A DNA stretch of 64,000 nucleotides from Kofleriaceae bacterium (GCA_965215005.1 CBDCCZ010000054.1:160001-224000), one strand, 5' to 3'. Counted from the stretch's first letter, positions 29,391 to 39,355 are shown. Notes: a model not told the origin generated them from the letters alone. Program-made: numbers and translations.

Positions 29391-31307
29391 ATGCACGGCG
29401 TCGACGTCGCGATCCTCGCTGCCTTCGTGTTCTACGCACTCGGCAGCGGCTTGACCGCGCGCAAACGCGCCTCACGTGATCTCGAGCAGTACTTTCTCGC
29501 GGGTCGCAGCCTGCCGGGATGGAAGGCTGGACTCAGCATGGCGGCTACGCAGTTTGCCGCCGATACCCCGCTCGTGGTCATGGGCACCATCGCCGTCACC
29601 GGCATCTTTGGCCTCTGGCAGCTGTGGATCTACGCGCTGGCGTTTCTGCTGATGGGGCTGGTGTTGGCGCCGAGCTGGCGACGGGTGGGGGTGCTCACTG
29701 ACGCCGAGCTCACCGAGGTGCGCTACGGCCATCGACCTGCCGCGGTGCTGCGCGCGGTTAAGGCGCTCTATCTCGGCACGGTGTTCAACTGCGTGGTGCT
29801 GGCGATGGTGCTTTTGGCGGCAACCACCATTGCCGAGCCGTTCTTGCTCTGGCACCAGTGGCTGCCTGCGTGGCTCTTCGAGCCGCTGGTAGAGGGAGTG
29901 CGTGGGCTCGGGCTGCGGCTGGATTCCGGGCTGCCGGCTACGACGGATCCGTGGGTGCTCTCGACCAACAACTTGATCTCGGTGCTCTGCATCGTATCGG
30001 TCACTGCGATGTATTCGGCGACCGGCGGGCTGCGCAGCGTGGTCAATACAGACGTGGCGCAGCTCGGCATCATGCTCGTTGGCACTCTTGCGTATGCCGT
30101 GTGGCTCGTGAGCGAAGCCGGCGGGCTTAGCGCCATGCATCGAGCTCTTGCCGATAGCTTCGCCGCTGGTGGTCCCGCCGGCATGAGCCTCGATGAGCTG
30201 CTGGCGTTCGAGCCTTCGCGCGCCAGAGATGCCAGCGGCGCGGTGCTGGCCGCGTTTGGGCTGCAGTGGCTGCTACAGATCAACGCCGATGGAACCGGCT
30301 ACCTGGCGCAGCGTTCGATGGCGTGTCGCACCGACGACGATGCTCGCAAGGCCGCGCTGTGGTTCACGGTCACGCAGGTGCTGGTGCGCAGTCTGCTGTG
30401 GATTCCCATCGGGTTGGGCCTGTTGGTGGTGTTTCCGCCCGACCTCGGCGCCGACCTCGATACGCTCAAGCGCGCGCGCGAGGCCAGCTACGTGCGCGGC
30501 ATGCACGAGCTGTTGCCGCCGGGGCTGCTAGGGCTCCTGCTCACCGGCATGCTCGCGGCGCTCGCGTCCACCGTCGACACGCATCTCAACTGGGGCGCCT
30601 CGTACTGGACCAACGACCTCTACGCGCGATTCCTCTGTCGCCGCCAAGGTCGCGAGCCCAGCGGCCGTGAGCTGGTATGGGTGGCGCGCGCTGCCAACGT
30701 GGCCATCCTGCTGATTTCGTTGGCGGTGATGACGCAGCTATCGTCGATTCGCGATACCTGGCAGACGAGCCTGCTGCTAGGCGCCGGCATCGGCCCGCTG
30801 CTGGTGCTTCGTTGGCTGTGGTGGCGAATGAATGCATGGGGCGAGATCGCGACCATCGTGAGCTCGCTGATCGCGCTGCCGGTGGTGTGGGCGCTGTTTC
30901 CAGGCCCAGAAGAGGCAATGCGGCTGGTGGTGATGGGCAGCGTCGCGACCACCGCCGGCATCGTCGCCGCGCTGGTCGTCGGACCCGAGGATCGCGACCG
31001 GCTGGTGGAGTTCTACCGGCGGGCACGGCCGCCCGGCTTCTGGGGCCCCATCGCGGCGGCCGCTGGTGGCACTGGCGACGACGCTAGGCGACTGGGTCGC
31101 GGTGGGGCGGCGGTGGCCGTCACCGCCTTGTCGCTGTTTTGCCTGTTGGTCGCGGTCGGCTCGCTCATCGCTCAGAGCCCGCCGCCAACGTGGCTCCCGA
31201 GCCGCCCGGCGTGGATCGGAGGGTTGCTCGTGGCCGGAGTGGCGCTGGCTCCGGTGGCGTGGCGACTGGGATTTCGCGACTCCCGGGCAGGTAGTCGGGA
31301 GAGTTGA
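29391..31307 (+). CDS. Sodium:solute symporter family transporter
   Basis: YFLAGRSLP, GGLRSVVNTD, YLAQR, LAALASTVDT; many TM helices. Confidence 0.92.
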   Translation: MHGVDVAILAAFVFYALGSGLTARKRASRDLEQYFLAGRSLPGWKAGLSMAATQFAADTPLVVMGTIAVTGIFGLWQLWIYALAFLLMGLVLAPSWRRVGVLTDAELTEVRYGHRPAAVLRAVKALYLGTVFNCVVLAMVLLAATTIAEPFLLWHQWLPAWLFEPLVEGVRGLGLRLDSGLPATTDPWVLSTNNLISVLCIVSVTAMYSATGGLRSVVNTDVAQLGIMLVGTLAYAVWLVSEAGGLSAMHRALADSFAAGGPAGMSLDELLAFEPSRARDASGAVLAAFGLQWLLQINADGTGYLAQRSMACRTDDDARKAALWFTVTQVLVRSLLWIPIGLGLLVVFPPDLGADLDTLKRAREASYVRGMHELLPPGLLGLLLTGMLAALASTVDTHLNWGASYWTNDLYARFLCRRQGREPSGRELVWVARAANVAILLISLAVMTQLSSIRDTWQTSLLLGAGIGPLLVLRWLWWRMNAWGEIATIVSSLIALPVVWALFPGPEEAMRLVVMGSVATTAGIVAALVVGPEDRDRLVEFYRRARPPGFWGPIAAAAGGTGDDARRLGRGGAAVAVTALSLFCLLVAVGSLIAQSPPPTWLPSRPAWIGGLLVAGVALAPVAWRLGFRDSRAGSRES

Positions 31308-31423
31308 CGGCGATTTTGCCGTCTTCGCCGTCGCCTGGGGACTTGCGTTTGCCGGCGCGGCACAGGATGGTGTGCCGGTGCGTCGGGCCGCCGACGCGAG
31401 GTATCAAGAAAGGAATTCACGAT

Positions 31424-31915
31424 ATGAAACGATTTGGATGGACCAGCGTGCTCGCGCTCGGTTTGGCGGCTTCGCTAACCGCCTGTAAGAAAGAGGCTCC
31501 CAAGGAAGAAGCCGAGGTCGCGACCACGGACGAGGTACCGGTCGCGCCTGCTGAGCCTGGAGCCGCGGCGGCGCTGCCGACCGAAGGCGCCGATCCCGCT
31601 GTGATGGCCGAGCCGTCGGCCGAAGAGAAAGAATTCGCCGAGAACTCGGTTGCGGTGATGGAGAAAATGGCCGTCGCTGCGGAAGCTTCTGGTGGCGACT
31701 GCGATAAAGCCGCCGACGCGATGATGGTGGTGGTGAACGAGAACCAAGAGTTCATCACCAAGGCCAAGACGTTTGAGCAGAATCCGGCCAACAAGGCTTG
31801 GTTCGATGCGAACTACGGCGCCAAAGCTGAAGGCGTGATGCAGAAGCTCATGCCGATCTTGCAGAAGTGCCAGGACAACGAGAAGCTCACCGCGGTCTTT
31901 GCCGCGTTCCAGTAG
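31424..31915 (+). CDS. Lipoprotein of unknown function
   Basis: AAGGA RBS; LTAC lipobox; helical domain with two Cys. Confidence 0.8.
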   Translation: MKRFGWTSVLALGLAASLTACKKEAPKEEAEVATTDEVPVAPAEPGAAAALPTEGADPAVMAEPSAEEKEFAENSVAVMEKMAVAAEASGGDCDKAADAMMVVVNENQEFITKAKTFEQNPANKAWFDANYGAKAEGVMQKLMPILQKCQDNEKLTAVFAAFQ

Positions 31916-31928
31916 CCCTCGTGCAGCT

Positions 31929-31953
31929 GCGGTGCTCCACGCCGGAGCACCGC
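31929..31953. terminator. Hairpin between convergent genes
   Basis: GCGGTGCTCC-acgcc-GGAGCACCGC perfect 10-bp stem. Confidence 0.6.
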
Positions 31954-31982
31954 CTCCGCTTCGAGCTCGCCGTTGTGGCGCC

Positions 31983-32291
31983 TCAGTTCGAGGCGCGTGA
32001 TGATTGGTCCGGTGGCGACCCGCCGGGGCCGCGGCCGCTCGAGCCCTCTACGAACGAAACCGCGGCCTCGCACTCGAGGCTCTCGTAGGCGCGCAGCGAC
32101 TCGCTATCGGAGAAGACGCCGCCGCATTCCTCGACACACACCGCGAGCGACTCGTCGTCGTACCCTCCTCGGCACCCGAGGTAGTGCTCGCAAGCACCCT
32201 CGCAGGTACCGGTGAGGCGTGGTTGGCGAACCTGCACAGGCCGCGCGCACGCGACCAAGAGCAGTGCGAGCGCCAGATACATCAACTTCAT
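31983..32291 (-). CDS. Small Cys-rich lipoprotein
   Basis: GAGGAGG upstream; LVAC lipobox; CEGACEHYLGC...CVEEC...C. Confidence 0.75.
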   Translation of the reverse strand: MKLMYLALALLLVACARPVQVRQPRLTGTCEGACEHYLGCRGGYDDESLAVCVEECGGVFSDSESLRAYESLECEAAVSFVEGSSGRGPGGSPPDQSSRASN

Positions 32292-32539
32292 AGATCGAAA
32301 GCTCCTCCTCAACCGGCTCCACCAGCAACGTGCATCTGAGTCACCGCGCCGAGGCTCTCTACCCGCGTGCTCGCTTGCGACACTCGATCCATCGTCGCCA
32401 ACCGGGTTGCCAAAGGCAACACTGCAATTTCCCCGCGCCGATCGCCTCGTGAAGCCGAGCACACTGTGCGACGCAAGCCGTCATCGGTTTGCCCGAGCAA
32501 GCTGCGCAATCAATGCATTTTGGGTGACACTCGCCCGCG

Positions 32540-33643
32540 ATGGGCGGCCGACGAATAGCGATTCTCACCAGCGGCGGCGATGCACCGGGCATGAACGCGG
32601 CGGTGCGCGCGGCCACGCTCGTTGCGCTTGCGCAAGGCGTCGAAGTCTTCGGCGTGTTGCGCGGGTATCAAGGGCTCCTGGCGGGCGAGCTGGCTCCGTT
32701 GCACAGCGCCGACGTGCTCGGCGTGTTGCGTGAGGGCGGGACCTTTCTCGGTTCGGCGCGTTCGCGCGAGTTCCATGCGCGCGATGCTCGCGATCGAGCG
32801 CGCGCGATCCTGCGCGACCAAGGCATCGAGGGTGTCATCGTCATTGGCGGCAATGGCTCGCTTGCAGGCGCTTTGGCGTTGTCCAACGCGGCCGAATGCG
32901 CTGCGGAGCCAGTGCGCGTCGTCGCGATTCCCGCTTCTATCGACAACGACGTCGGTCTCACCGGCATGTGTATCGGCGTCGACACCGCGATGAACACCAT
33001 CGTCGATGCCGTCGACAAAATCGCCGACACCGCAACCGCCCACAGCCGCACCTTCATTGTCGAGGTCATGGGCCGCGACTGCGGCTATTTGGCGATGACC
33101 TCGGCCATCGCCTCCGGGGCGGACACGGTGCTGTTTCCCGAAGCCCATCACAGCGAAGAGCAAATCGTCGAGCGTCTTGCCGCCGCGGTGATTGCGGCGC
33201 ATGGTCGCGGGCATCGCAATCGTCGCGTCATCTGCGTCAAGGCCGAAGGCGTGCCCATTCCTGCCGAGCGCCTCAAGGCGTTGGTGGATGCTCGGCTTGA
33301 ACAGGAGCTCGGGGAGCTCACCAGCGAAACCCGCGTGACCGTGCTCGGACACGTGGTGCGTGGCGGCCGGCCGTCGGCCTTCGACAGGCTCCTAGCGAGT
33401 CGCTTGGCGCACGTCGCCGTGCGCGCGCTGCTCGCTGGAGCGACGCGCAAGATGGCGTCATGGATGCCTCCGGCCGAGCTTCCCGAAGAGTTTGGCGAGC
33501 GCTCCGACGTCGATCCGTACTGCTGGTTGGTCGAGTTGGAAGCGGCCATTGCCGAGAGCGACGAGATGCTCACCGGTGACAGCCCACTGGTGCGCTGGCG
33601 CGCGGGAGTCTTCGACGAGCTCGAGTCGGTGTTCTTGCTCTGA
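32540..33643 (+). CDS. pfkA: 6-phosphofructokinase
   Basis: LTSGGDAPGMNAA, GGNGS, SIDND, VEVMGR, LGHVVRGG. Confidence 0.95.
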   Translation: MGGRRIAILTSGGDAPGMNAAVRAATLVALAQGVEVFGVLRGYQGLLAGELAPLHSADVLGVLREGGTFLGSARSREFHARDARDRARAILRDQGIEGVIVIGGNGSLAGALALSNAAECAAEPVRVVAIPASIDNDVGLTGMCIGVDTAMNTIVDAVDKIADTATAHSRTFIVEVMGRDCGYLAMTSAIASGADTVLFPEAHHSEEQIVERLAAAVIAAHGRGHRNRRVICVKAEGVPIPAERLKALVDARLEQELGELTSETRVTVLGHVVRGGRPSAFDRLLASRLAHVAVRALLAGATRKMASWMPPAELPEEFGERSDVDPYCWLVELEAAIAESDEMLTGDSPLVRWRAGVFDELESVFLL

Positions 33644-33651
33644 GCTCACGC

Positions 33652-33736
33652 TAGTGATTTACGCGTAAGTCGGCAAACCGCTAGCAACGCAACTATTGCT
33701 TGGGGAGACGCCGAAGGGGGCGCGTGAGTAGCAGAA
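33652..33736 (+). repeat. 85-nt dispersed non-coding element, copy 1
   Basis: About 87% identical by hand alignment to 50815-50899; identical core TTGGGGAGACGCCGAAGGGGGC. Confidence 0.85.
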
Positions 33737-33831
33737 ATTAGTTCCTTTCTCCGTGGTTCAAGCCTTGCTCCCTGAGCTTCGTCGACCGTTGCCGGTGATC
33801 ATTCCGCCGTGTGCCTTGATAGAATCTGCGC

Positions 33832-35760
33832 ATGACGTTCTCTCCGGGCGAAGGCGAGCTGCGTCAGCTGTTCGAAAACGCGCCGCTCGGGATGTTTCAA
33901 AGCACTCCAGAAGGCCGCTTTGTGTTCGTAAATAGCGCCCTCGTCGAGATCTTGGGGTACTCGTGCATTGCTGAGGTGCTCGCTCTAGATCTCGCGCGCG
34001 AGGTGTATGTCGATCCGGTTGAGCGCGAGCAATCGCTTGCGCTGCTCGCGAAAAGCGGCGTGCTAAAGGGGGTGGAGGTCGCGTGGAAGCGCCGTGATGG
34101 CACGTGCCGCATGATTCGCATCGATTGCTACGCAGCGCTCGATGCACATGGCAATGCGTTGCATTACGCGGGCACCGTGCTCGACGTGACAGACCATCGC
34201 GCGGTGCAAGTCTCGCTCGAGAAGCGCACAGCCGAGCTCGCGCAGCGGGAGAGTGAGCTGCGATTGGTGCTGGCGCAGCTTCCAGGCATGGTCTGGACGA
34301 CCGACACCAAGCTCGCCTTTACGTCCTCTCAAGGTGCCGCGCTCCGCAGCCTCGGACTGAGCCCGGGGCAGTTGGTAGGAGTCACGCTCCCGCAATACTT
34401 TGGTACCAGCGATCCCAGCTTTCCGCCGCTCGCCCATCACATGACTGCCTTGGGGGGCCAGGCGGTGAGTTATTCCACCGATTGGGAGAGCCTCTCGTTC
34501 GTGAGTCAGGTCGTGCCGCTGCGTGGCCCCGATGAAAGCATCATCGGCACCCTCGGCTGCGCCATCGATGTAACCGAGCAGCGGCGCCTGGAAAGGAAGC
34601 TTCAGCAGGCGCAAAAGCTCGAGAGCCTGGGCCTGCTTGCGGGAGGCGTGGCGCACGACTTCAATAATCTGTTGGCGGCGATGCTCGGCAGTGCAGAGCT
34701 CGCGCTCCGAGTCGCGCACGACTCGCCGCGACTCGAGTCGCTGATTCGGCAATTTCGGCTCGGCGCGGTGCGAGCCGCGGGCCTCACGCGGCAGCTGCTC
34801 GACTACTCGGGCAAAGGCTACCTAGCCGCCGAGCCCCTCGACTTGAGTGAGCTAGTCGAAGAGACGGCGGCGCTGTTGCATCCTCGCCTTGCCGAGCGGG
34901 CAGAGTTGCACCTGGACCTCGACCCAACGCTGCCGGCGATTGAGGGCGACGCCGCGCAGATCCGACAAATCGTGATGAACCTGCTCACCAACGCCGCAGA
35001 GGCGATCGACGGCGAGCGCGGCAACATCGTCATACGGACGTACGCGTGCGAGCTCGGAGCGGCGCAGCTGCAGAATAGCGAGCTCGAGACGCCGCCACCG
35101 CCGGGAACGTATGGGTGCCTTGAGGTGAGCGATGATGGGTGCGGCATGGATGGCGAGACTCGCCGGCGCTTGTTCGAGCCGTTTTTCACCACGAAACAGC
35201 ACGGGCACGGGTTGGGGCTCGCTACGGCCATGGGTATCATGTCGGCCCACGGCGGGCTCATCGAGGTCCACAGTGGGAAGGCGCGGGGATCGAAATTCCG
35301 GCTGCTATTTCCGCTTGGAAGCTCACGTGTATCGCAGGGGGGAGGGACGCGGGTGAAAGGAGAAGCGAGCATGAAGGGAACTGTATTGGTCGTTGATGAT
35401 GACGACATGGTGCGGGACGTAGCGCTGCAGATGGTGGAAGAGCTCGGCTATGTCGCTCTGCCGGCGGCCGATGGCCATGCCGCGTTGGCGTGCATGGGCG
35501 AGTCGGCGGCGCAGGTGGGAGTGGTGCTGCTCGACATGACGATGCCCGGCATGGGTGGCGCGGAAGTGTTCGAGCGCATTCACGAGCGCTGGCCGAACAC
35601 GCAGATCATCCTGTCGAGCGGCTACGATGAGCAGCAGCATGTCAGCAACTTGGTGGCGCGTGGAGAGGCGTTCTTTCTGCAGAAGCCATACCATTTCGAA
35701 GCTCTCGAGGAGGTTCTGGCTGCCGCCATGCGTCGCGCGAGACCCTCACCGGATTCGTGA
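33832..35760 (+). CDS. Hybrid histidine kinase (PAS-PAS-HisKA-HATPase-receiver)
   Basis: Two PAS domains, AGGVAHDFNN, NLLTNA, DDGCG, FFTTK, VLVVDDD. Confidence 0.95.
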   Translation: MTFSPGEGELRQLFENAPLGMFQSTPEGRFVFVNSALVEILGYSCIAEVLALDLAREVYVDPVEREQSLALLAKSGVLKGVEVAWKRRDGTCRMIRIDCYAALDAHGNALHYAGTVLDVTDHRAVQVSLEKRTAELAQRESELRLVLAQLPGMVWTTDTKLAFTSSQGAALRSLGLSPGQLVGVTLPQYFGTSDPSFPPLAHHMTALGGQAVSYSTDWESLSFVSQVVPLRGPDESIIGTLGCAIDVTEQRRLERKLQQAQKLESLGLLAGGVAHDFNNLLAAMLGSAELALRVAHDSPRLESLIRQFRLGAVRAAGLTRQLLDYSGKGYLAAEPLDLSELVEETAALLHPRLAERAELHLDLDPTLPAIEGDAAQIRQIVMNLLTNAAEAIDGERGNIVIRTYACELGAAQLQNSELETPPPPGTYGCLEVSDDGCGMDGETRRRLFEPFFTTKQHGHGLGLATAMGIMSAHGGLIEVHSGKARGSKFRLLFPLGSSRVSQGGGTRVKGEASMKGTVLVVDDDDMVRDVALQMVEELGYVALPAADGHAALACMGESAAQVGVVLLDMTMPGMGGAEVFERIHERWPNTQIILSSGYDEQQHVSNLVARGEAFFLQKPYHFEALEEVLAAAMRRARPSPDS

Positions 35761-35772
35761 TAAATCTGGGTC

Positions 35773-36081
35773 ATGTACATCGCCATGAATCAGTTCCGGG
35801 TCGTCCCCGAGCGCAGCGAAGACTTCGAGCGGGCGTGGCGAGAGCGCGATTCGTATCTCGACGAGGTCGATGGCTTCGTCGAGTTTCGCTTGCTGCGCGG
35901 TGGCCAAACCGAGGAGGGCAATCAGCTCTATGCCTCGCACACCGTGTGGCGAGATGAGTCGGCGTTTCGCGCCTGGGTCGACAGCGAAGCGTTTCGCAAG
36001 GCGCACGCGCAGGGCCGACTGACCGGCATCATCGCCGGCCCACCGCAGTTTGCCGGCTGGAGCGCTGTCGATCTGGGCTAG
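35773..36081 (+). CDS. ABM-family monooxygenase (IsdG/HmoA-like)
   Basis: MYIAMNQFRV...W...AFRKAH. Confidence 0.85.
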   Translation: MYIAMNQFRVVPERSEDFERAWRERDSYLDEVDGFVEFRLLRGGQTEEGNQLYASHTVWRDESAFRAWVDSEAFRKAHAQGRLTGIIAGPPQFAGWSAVDLG

Positions 36082-36859
36082 TCGCGGCAGCAGGCTGGTT
36101 GCTATCGCGGCGGCCTCGGTGGTGGTGTGTGCGGTTGCGGTGGCGGCGCTTTGGTATCTATATCAGCCACGCGCGGAGCCGGCACAGCCCACCGCCCCCG
36201 CGCCCGTCGCGCCAGTGGACGCGGAGCTTGCCCAGCTGCGAACGCGCTACGGCAACGCGCTGTATTCGCAGTACGACGAGGAGCTGTTTATCCGTGACTT
36301 CTTTGGCGACCGCAGAGGCGGGGTGTTCGTCGATGTGGGCGCGAGTCACTACGAGATCAACAGCACAACGTACTATCTCGAGAAGCACCTGGGGTGGCGC
36401 GGCATCGCGATCGATGCGCTCGAGGACTATAGGCAGGGGTACCAGCGGCACCGGCCGGGCACGAAGTTCTTCGCGTACTACGTCGCCGACCACTCTGGTG
36501 GCATTTCCGATTTTCATATTGTGCGCGGCAATGAGCGGCTTTCGACCGGCCTCAAAGAGGTGGCCAGCGACAAAGGAAGTCATGAGACGGTGGCGCTGCC
36601 AACGGTGAGCTTGACCGACCTCTTGCAGCGCGAAGGCCTCGAGACGATCGACTTCTTGTCCATCGACATCGAGCAGGCCGAGCCAACTGCGTTGCGTGGG
36701 CTCGATATAGAGCGCTTTCGCCCGGCGCTGGTCTGCATCGACGTGAGCCAGCACCGCGACGCGATCTATGCGTACTTTCGCCGCCACGGCTATGAGGAGC
36801 TCGAGCACTACACCCGCCTCGATCCACTCAATGCGTACTTCCGCCCGGCCGCGGAATAG
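36050..36859 (+). CDS. FkbM family methyltransferase with N-terminal TM anchor
   Basis: YSQYDEE, FVDVGA, GWRGIAID, IDFLSIDIE; start uncertain. Confidence 0.8.
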   Translation: MPAGALSIWASRGSRLVAIAAASVVVCAVAVAALWYLYQPRAEPAQPTAPAPVAPVDAELAQLRTRYGNALYSQYDEELFIRDFFGDRRGGVFVDVGASHYEINSTTYYLEKHLGWRGIAIDALEDYRQGYQRHRPGTKFFAYYVADHSGGISDFHIVRGNERLSTGLKEVASDKGSHETVALPTVSLTDLLQREGLETIDFLSIDIEQAEPTALRGLDIERFRPALVCIDVSQHRDAIYAYFRRHGYEELEHYTRLDPLNAYFRPAAE

Positions 36860-36942
36860 CTCGTGCGACGGCGGCTTGGTGACGCGGCAACTCCGTCGAT
36901 TGGCGCTGGGCAATTCGAGGTGCATTTATTGGAGCGCTCATG

Positions 36943-37000
36943 GTCCGGCGTGTCGGACGCGGGCGTCCGAGTGGCCGGACGCGCGTCCGCTCGAGCGGAC
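36943..37000. promoter_or_regulatory. Three tandem GTCC-N8-GGAC palindromes
   Basis: Boxes at 36943-36958, 36965-36980 and 36985-37000. Confidence 0.75.
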
Positions 37001-37030
37001 GCAGGCCGTGCATTGTTGGGAACTTGGGCC

Positions 37031-37046
37031 TGGCGCCGAAGTTGCT
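37031..37046 (+). promoter_or_regulatory. sigma54 -24/-12 promoter of radC
   Basis: TGGCGCCGAAGTTGCT (GG-N10-GC); predicted +1 near 37057, ATG at 37058. Confidence 0.8.
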
Positions 37047-37057
37047 AAACCCGTCGC

Positions 37058-37738
37058 ATGGTCGATGCGGCGGAACGTCCTCGAGAACGAATGCTTGCTT
37101 GTGGCGGCGACGCGTTGTCCACCGAGGAGCTCTTGGCGTTGGTGCTCGGCAGCGGCACCCGCGGACGACCGGCAGATGCGGTCGCGCGCGAGCTTCTGGC
37201 TTCGGCGGGGGGAGTGGCGGCGCTTTCGCGGGCAGCGCCGCGCGAGCTTCTCGAGGTGGCCGGCGTGGGGCAGGCACGCGCCGCGCGAGTCGCTGCGGCG
37301 TTCTATCTCGGGCGGCGGGGAATGGCGCAGCTAGGAGCGCAAGACGCGGCGTTGCTCGATGCCGAAGGGGTGTTTCGCCGGCTACAGCCGCGGCTTGGGG
37401 GGCTGGCGCAGGAGGTGTTCGTGGTGCTTGCCCTCGATGCGCGCCATCGCGTCTTGGCCGAGCTCGAGGTCGCGCGCGGCCATTTGACTGGCGTCGACGT
37501 GCATCCACGGGAAGTGTTTCGCCCGCTGATTCGCCAGGCGGCAGCGGCGGCGGTGATCGCGCATAATCACCCATCGGGGGATCCGTCGCCGAGCGCTCAG
37601 GACGTGGCGCTTACCCTTCGGTTGCAGGCCGTCGGCGAGCTCGTCGGCATTCCAATCCTCGATCATGTGATCGTTACCACCAACCGCTTCGTCTCCCTGG
37701 TCGAGCACCTTCCCACCCTGAGCTCCGCAGAGTCATGA
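37058..37738 (+). CDS. radC: RadC family JAB-domain protein
   Basis: ERPRER, ELLALVLGSG, VHPREVF, AHNHPSGDPSPS, LDHVIV. Confidence 0.95.
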   Translation: MVDAAERPRERMLACGGDALSTEELLALVLGSGTRGRPADAVARELLASAGGVAALSRAAPRELLEVAGVGQARAARVAAAFYLGRRGMAQLGAQDAALLDAEGVFRRLQPRLGGLAQEVFVVLALDARHRVLAELEVARGHLTGVDVHPREVFRPLIRQAAAAAVIAHNHPSGDPSPSAQDVALTLRLQAVGELVGIPILDHVIVTTNRFVSLVEHLPTLSSAES

Positions 37739-37791
37739 TGAATCGACCGCACGCCTTGCTGCCGCTGCGCGCTTCCTGGAGAATCCGCCGC

Positions 37792-38709
37792 ATGAGGTCG
37801 TGCATCGCACCTGTTGCTGTCGTCGCGATTCTGGCCGCTGTGACACCGGCCTTTGCAGACTCGCTAGTCGAGAATCTCGGGCCGCGCGAGATTGCGCTGG
37901 GCGATGCCTCCCGCGCCGAGGCCACCGGCGGCATGGCTGTCAATCTCAACCCCGCGGGCTTGCCGCTGACCCGCGAGGTGGTGTTCGAGGGCTCGTTTGG
38001 CTATCGCTCCGAAGATAGCGCCTCGCTCATCGGCGTTTCCGCTTGCGACTCGACGGTGCCGATCCCGGGGTGCTTTTATTACAAGTACCTCAGCGCCAGC
38101 CCGGAGGTTGCGGGGCTGCAGCTGAGCCGGCGCTTGCACGAAGGTGGCGTGCTGCTCGCGCGCGCCATTGCGCCGCGCGTCGCGATTGGTGTCAACGGCA
38201 AGTACTTTGACTACAACACCGAGCTCGACGGCGAAGCGTCGGCCAGTGGCTTCAGTGTGGATGCGGGGGCCAGCGTCCGCGCGAGCAGCCGCATCGCCCT
38301 CGGTGTGGTTGGCTACAACCTCGCCGGCGAAGACTCTTCGCAGTACCCGCTGGGGCTCGGGGCGGGGCTTAGCGTGCGTCCAGTCCCAAATCTTGGCCTC
38401 GTTTTCGATGGCGTGTGGAACTTCGATCGACCCGAGGAGACTGCGATCGGGCGCTACGGCGGCGGGGCGGAGTATTTCGTGCGCTCGAGCGATAGTCTCA
38501 GCGGCTACCCGCTTCGGGCGGGGCTCGTGCACGATCGCGCGCGCGAGTCCACGTCTCTAACCGGCGGCTTGGGGCTGGTCTCGGCGAAAGTCGCCTTGGA
38601 CGTGAGCGCGCGCTATCAAGTCGGCGGCGAAGGAGATGAGCTCCTCGTCATCGGCAGCTTGCGAATATTCGGACCACGACAGGAAATGAGCTCGCTCGGT
38701 GGTTTGTGA
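37792..38709 (+). CDS. Outer-membrane beta-barrel protein (PorV/FadL-like N-terminus)
   Basis: Signal peptide; GPREIALGDA...NPAGL; amphipathic strands. Confidence 0.7.
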   Translation: MRSCIAPVAVVAILAAVTPAFADSLVENLGPREIALGDASRAEATGGMAVNLNPAGLPLTREVVFEGSFGYRSEDSASLIGVSACDSTVPIPGCFYYKYLSASPEVAGLQLSRRLHEGGVLLARAIAPRVAIGVNGKYFDYNTELDGEASASGFSVDAGASVRASSRIALGVVGYNLAGEDSSQYPLGLGAGLSVRPVPNLGLVFDGVWNFDRPEETAIGRYGGGAEYFVRSSDSLSGYPLRAGLVHDRARESTSLTGGLGLVSAKVALDVSARYQVGGEGDELLVIGSLRIFGPRQEMSSLGGL

Positions 38710-38773
38710 AAGCTGCCGGCATCGGCCCCGCGGGGCCCGGTGCCTCGTGCGGCTGAGGTAGACTGCTCCGGCC

Positions 38774-39352
38774 ATGTCGCGTCGCGAACGGCTTCTCGTG
38801 CGTCGCCTGCGCGAGCGAAGCGAGAAGGCCTTTCGTGAGCTGATGGAGCTCCACGGCGACCGGGTTTACAACATGACCTACCGCATGCTCGGCAATCACG
38901 AGGAGGCCGAGGATGTCGCTCAGGAAGTGTTCATCACCGTCTTCAAAACCATCGAGAGCTTTCGCGAAGACGCCAAGCTCTCGACGTGGCTGTATCGGGT
39001 CACCGCCAATCACTGTAAGAACCGCATCAAGTATCTGGCGCGTCGCCATGATCGCCGGCAGGCCGAATACGACGATTCACTCGACCGTAGCGTCACGCCC
39101 GGAGCGACCGCGCCATCCCCGTCGCCGCGTCCAGACAAGCAGCTCGAGGGGGTGGAGCTCGAGCGGTTGGTGCAGGAGGCCATCGCCGAGCTCGACGAGG
39201 AGCACCGACTGCTGGTGGTCCTGCGCGACATCGAAGAGCTGGCGTACGAGGAGATTTGCGAGATCACCTCGCTGCCGGAAGGTACTGTGAAATCACGGCT
39301 TCATCGGGCGCGGCTGGCTCTTCGCAAGAAAATGCTCAAACATGTGGAGTGA
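38774..39352 (+). CDS. ECF RNA polymerase sigma factor
   Basis: AEDVAQEVF, STWLYRV, YEEI, GTVKSRLHRAR. Confidence 0.93.
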   Translation: MSRRERLLVRRLRERSEKAFRELMELHGDRVYNMTYRMLGNHEEAEDVAQEVFITVFKTIESFREDAKLSTWLYRVTANHCKNRIKYLARRHDRRQAEYDDSLDRSVTPGATAPSPSPRPDKQLEGVELERLVQEAIAELDEEHRLLVVLRDIEELAYEEICEITSLPEGTVKSRLHRARLALRKKMLKHVE

Positions 39353-39355
39353 GCC

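Noticed and set aside
33700..33736. Glycine or c-di-GMP riboswitch as the identity of the repeated element
   Set aside because: GGAGA-CGCCGAAGG resembles the glycine aptamer, but the intervening stem and CTCTCAGG are missing; GGCAAACC lacks the downstream GACGCAAAGC of c-di-GMP-I; copy 2 has no substantial downstream gene on its strand
36943..37000. GTCC/GGAC array as a terminator or mini-CRISPR
   Set aside because: Units are 16-bp palindromes with 4-6 bp spacers and no U-tract; the fixed spacing to a sigma54 site fits protein-binding sites better
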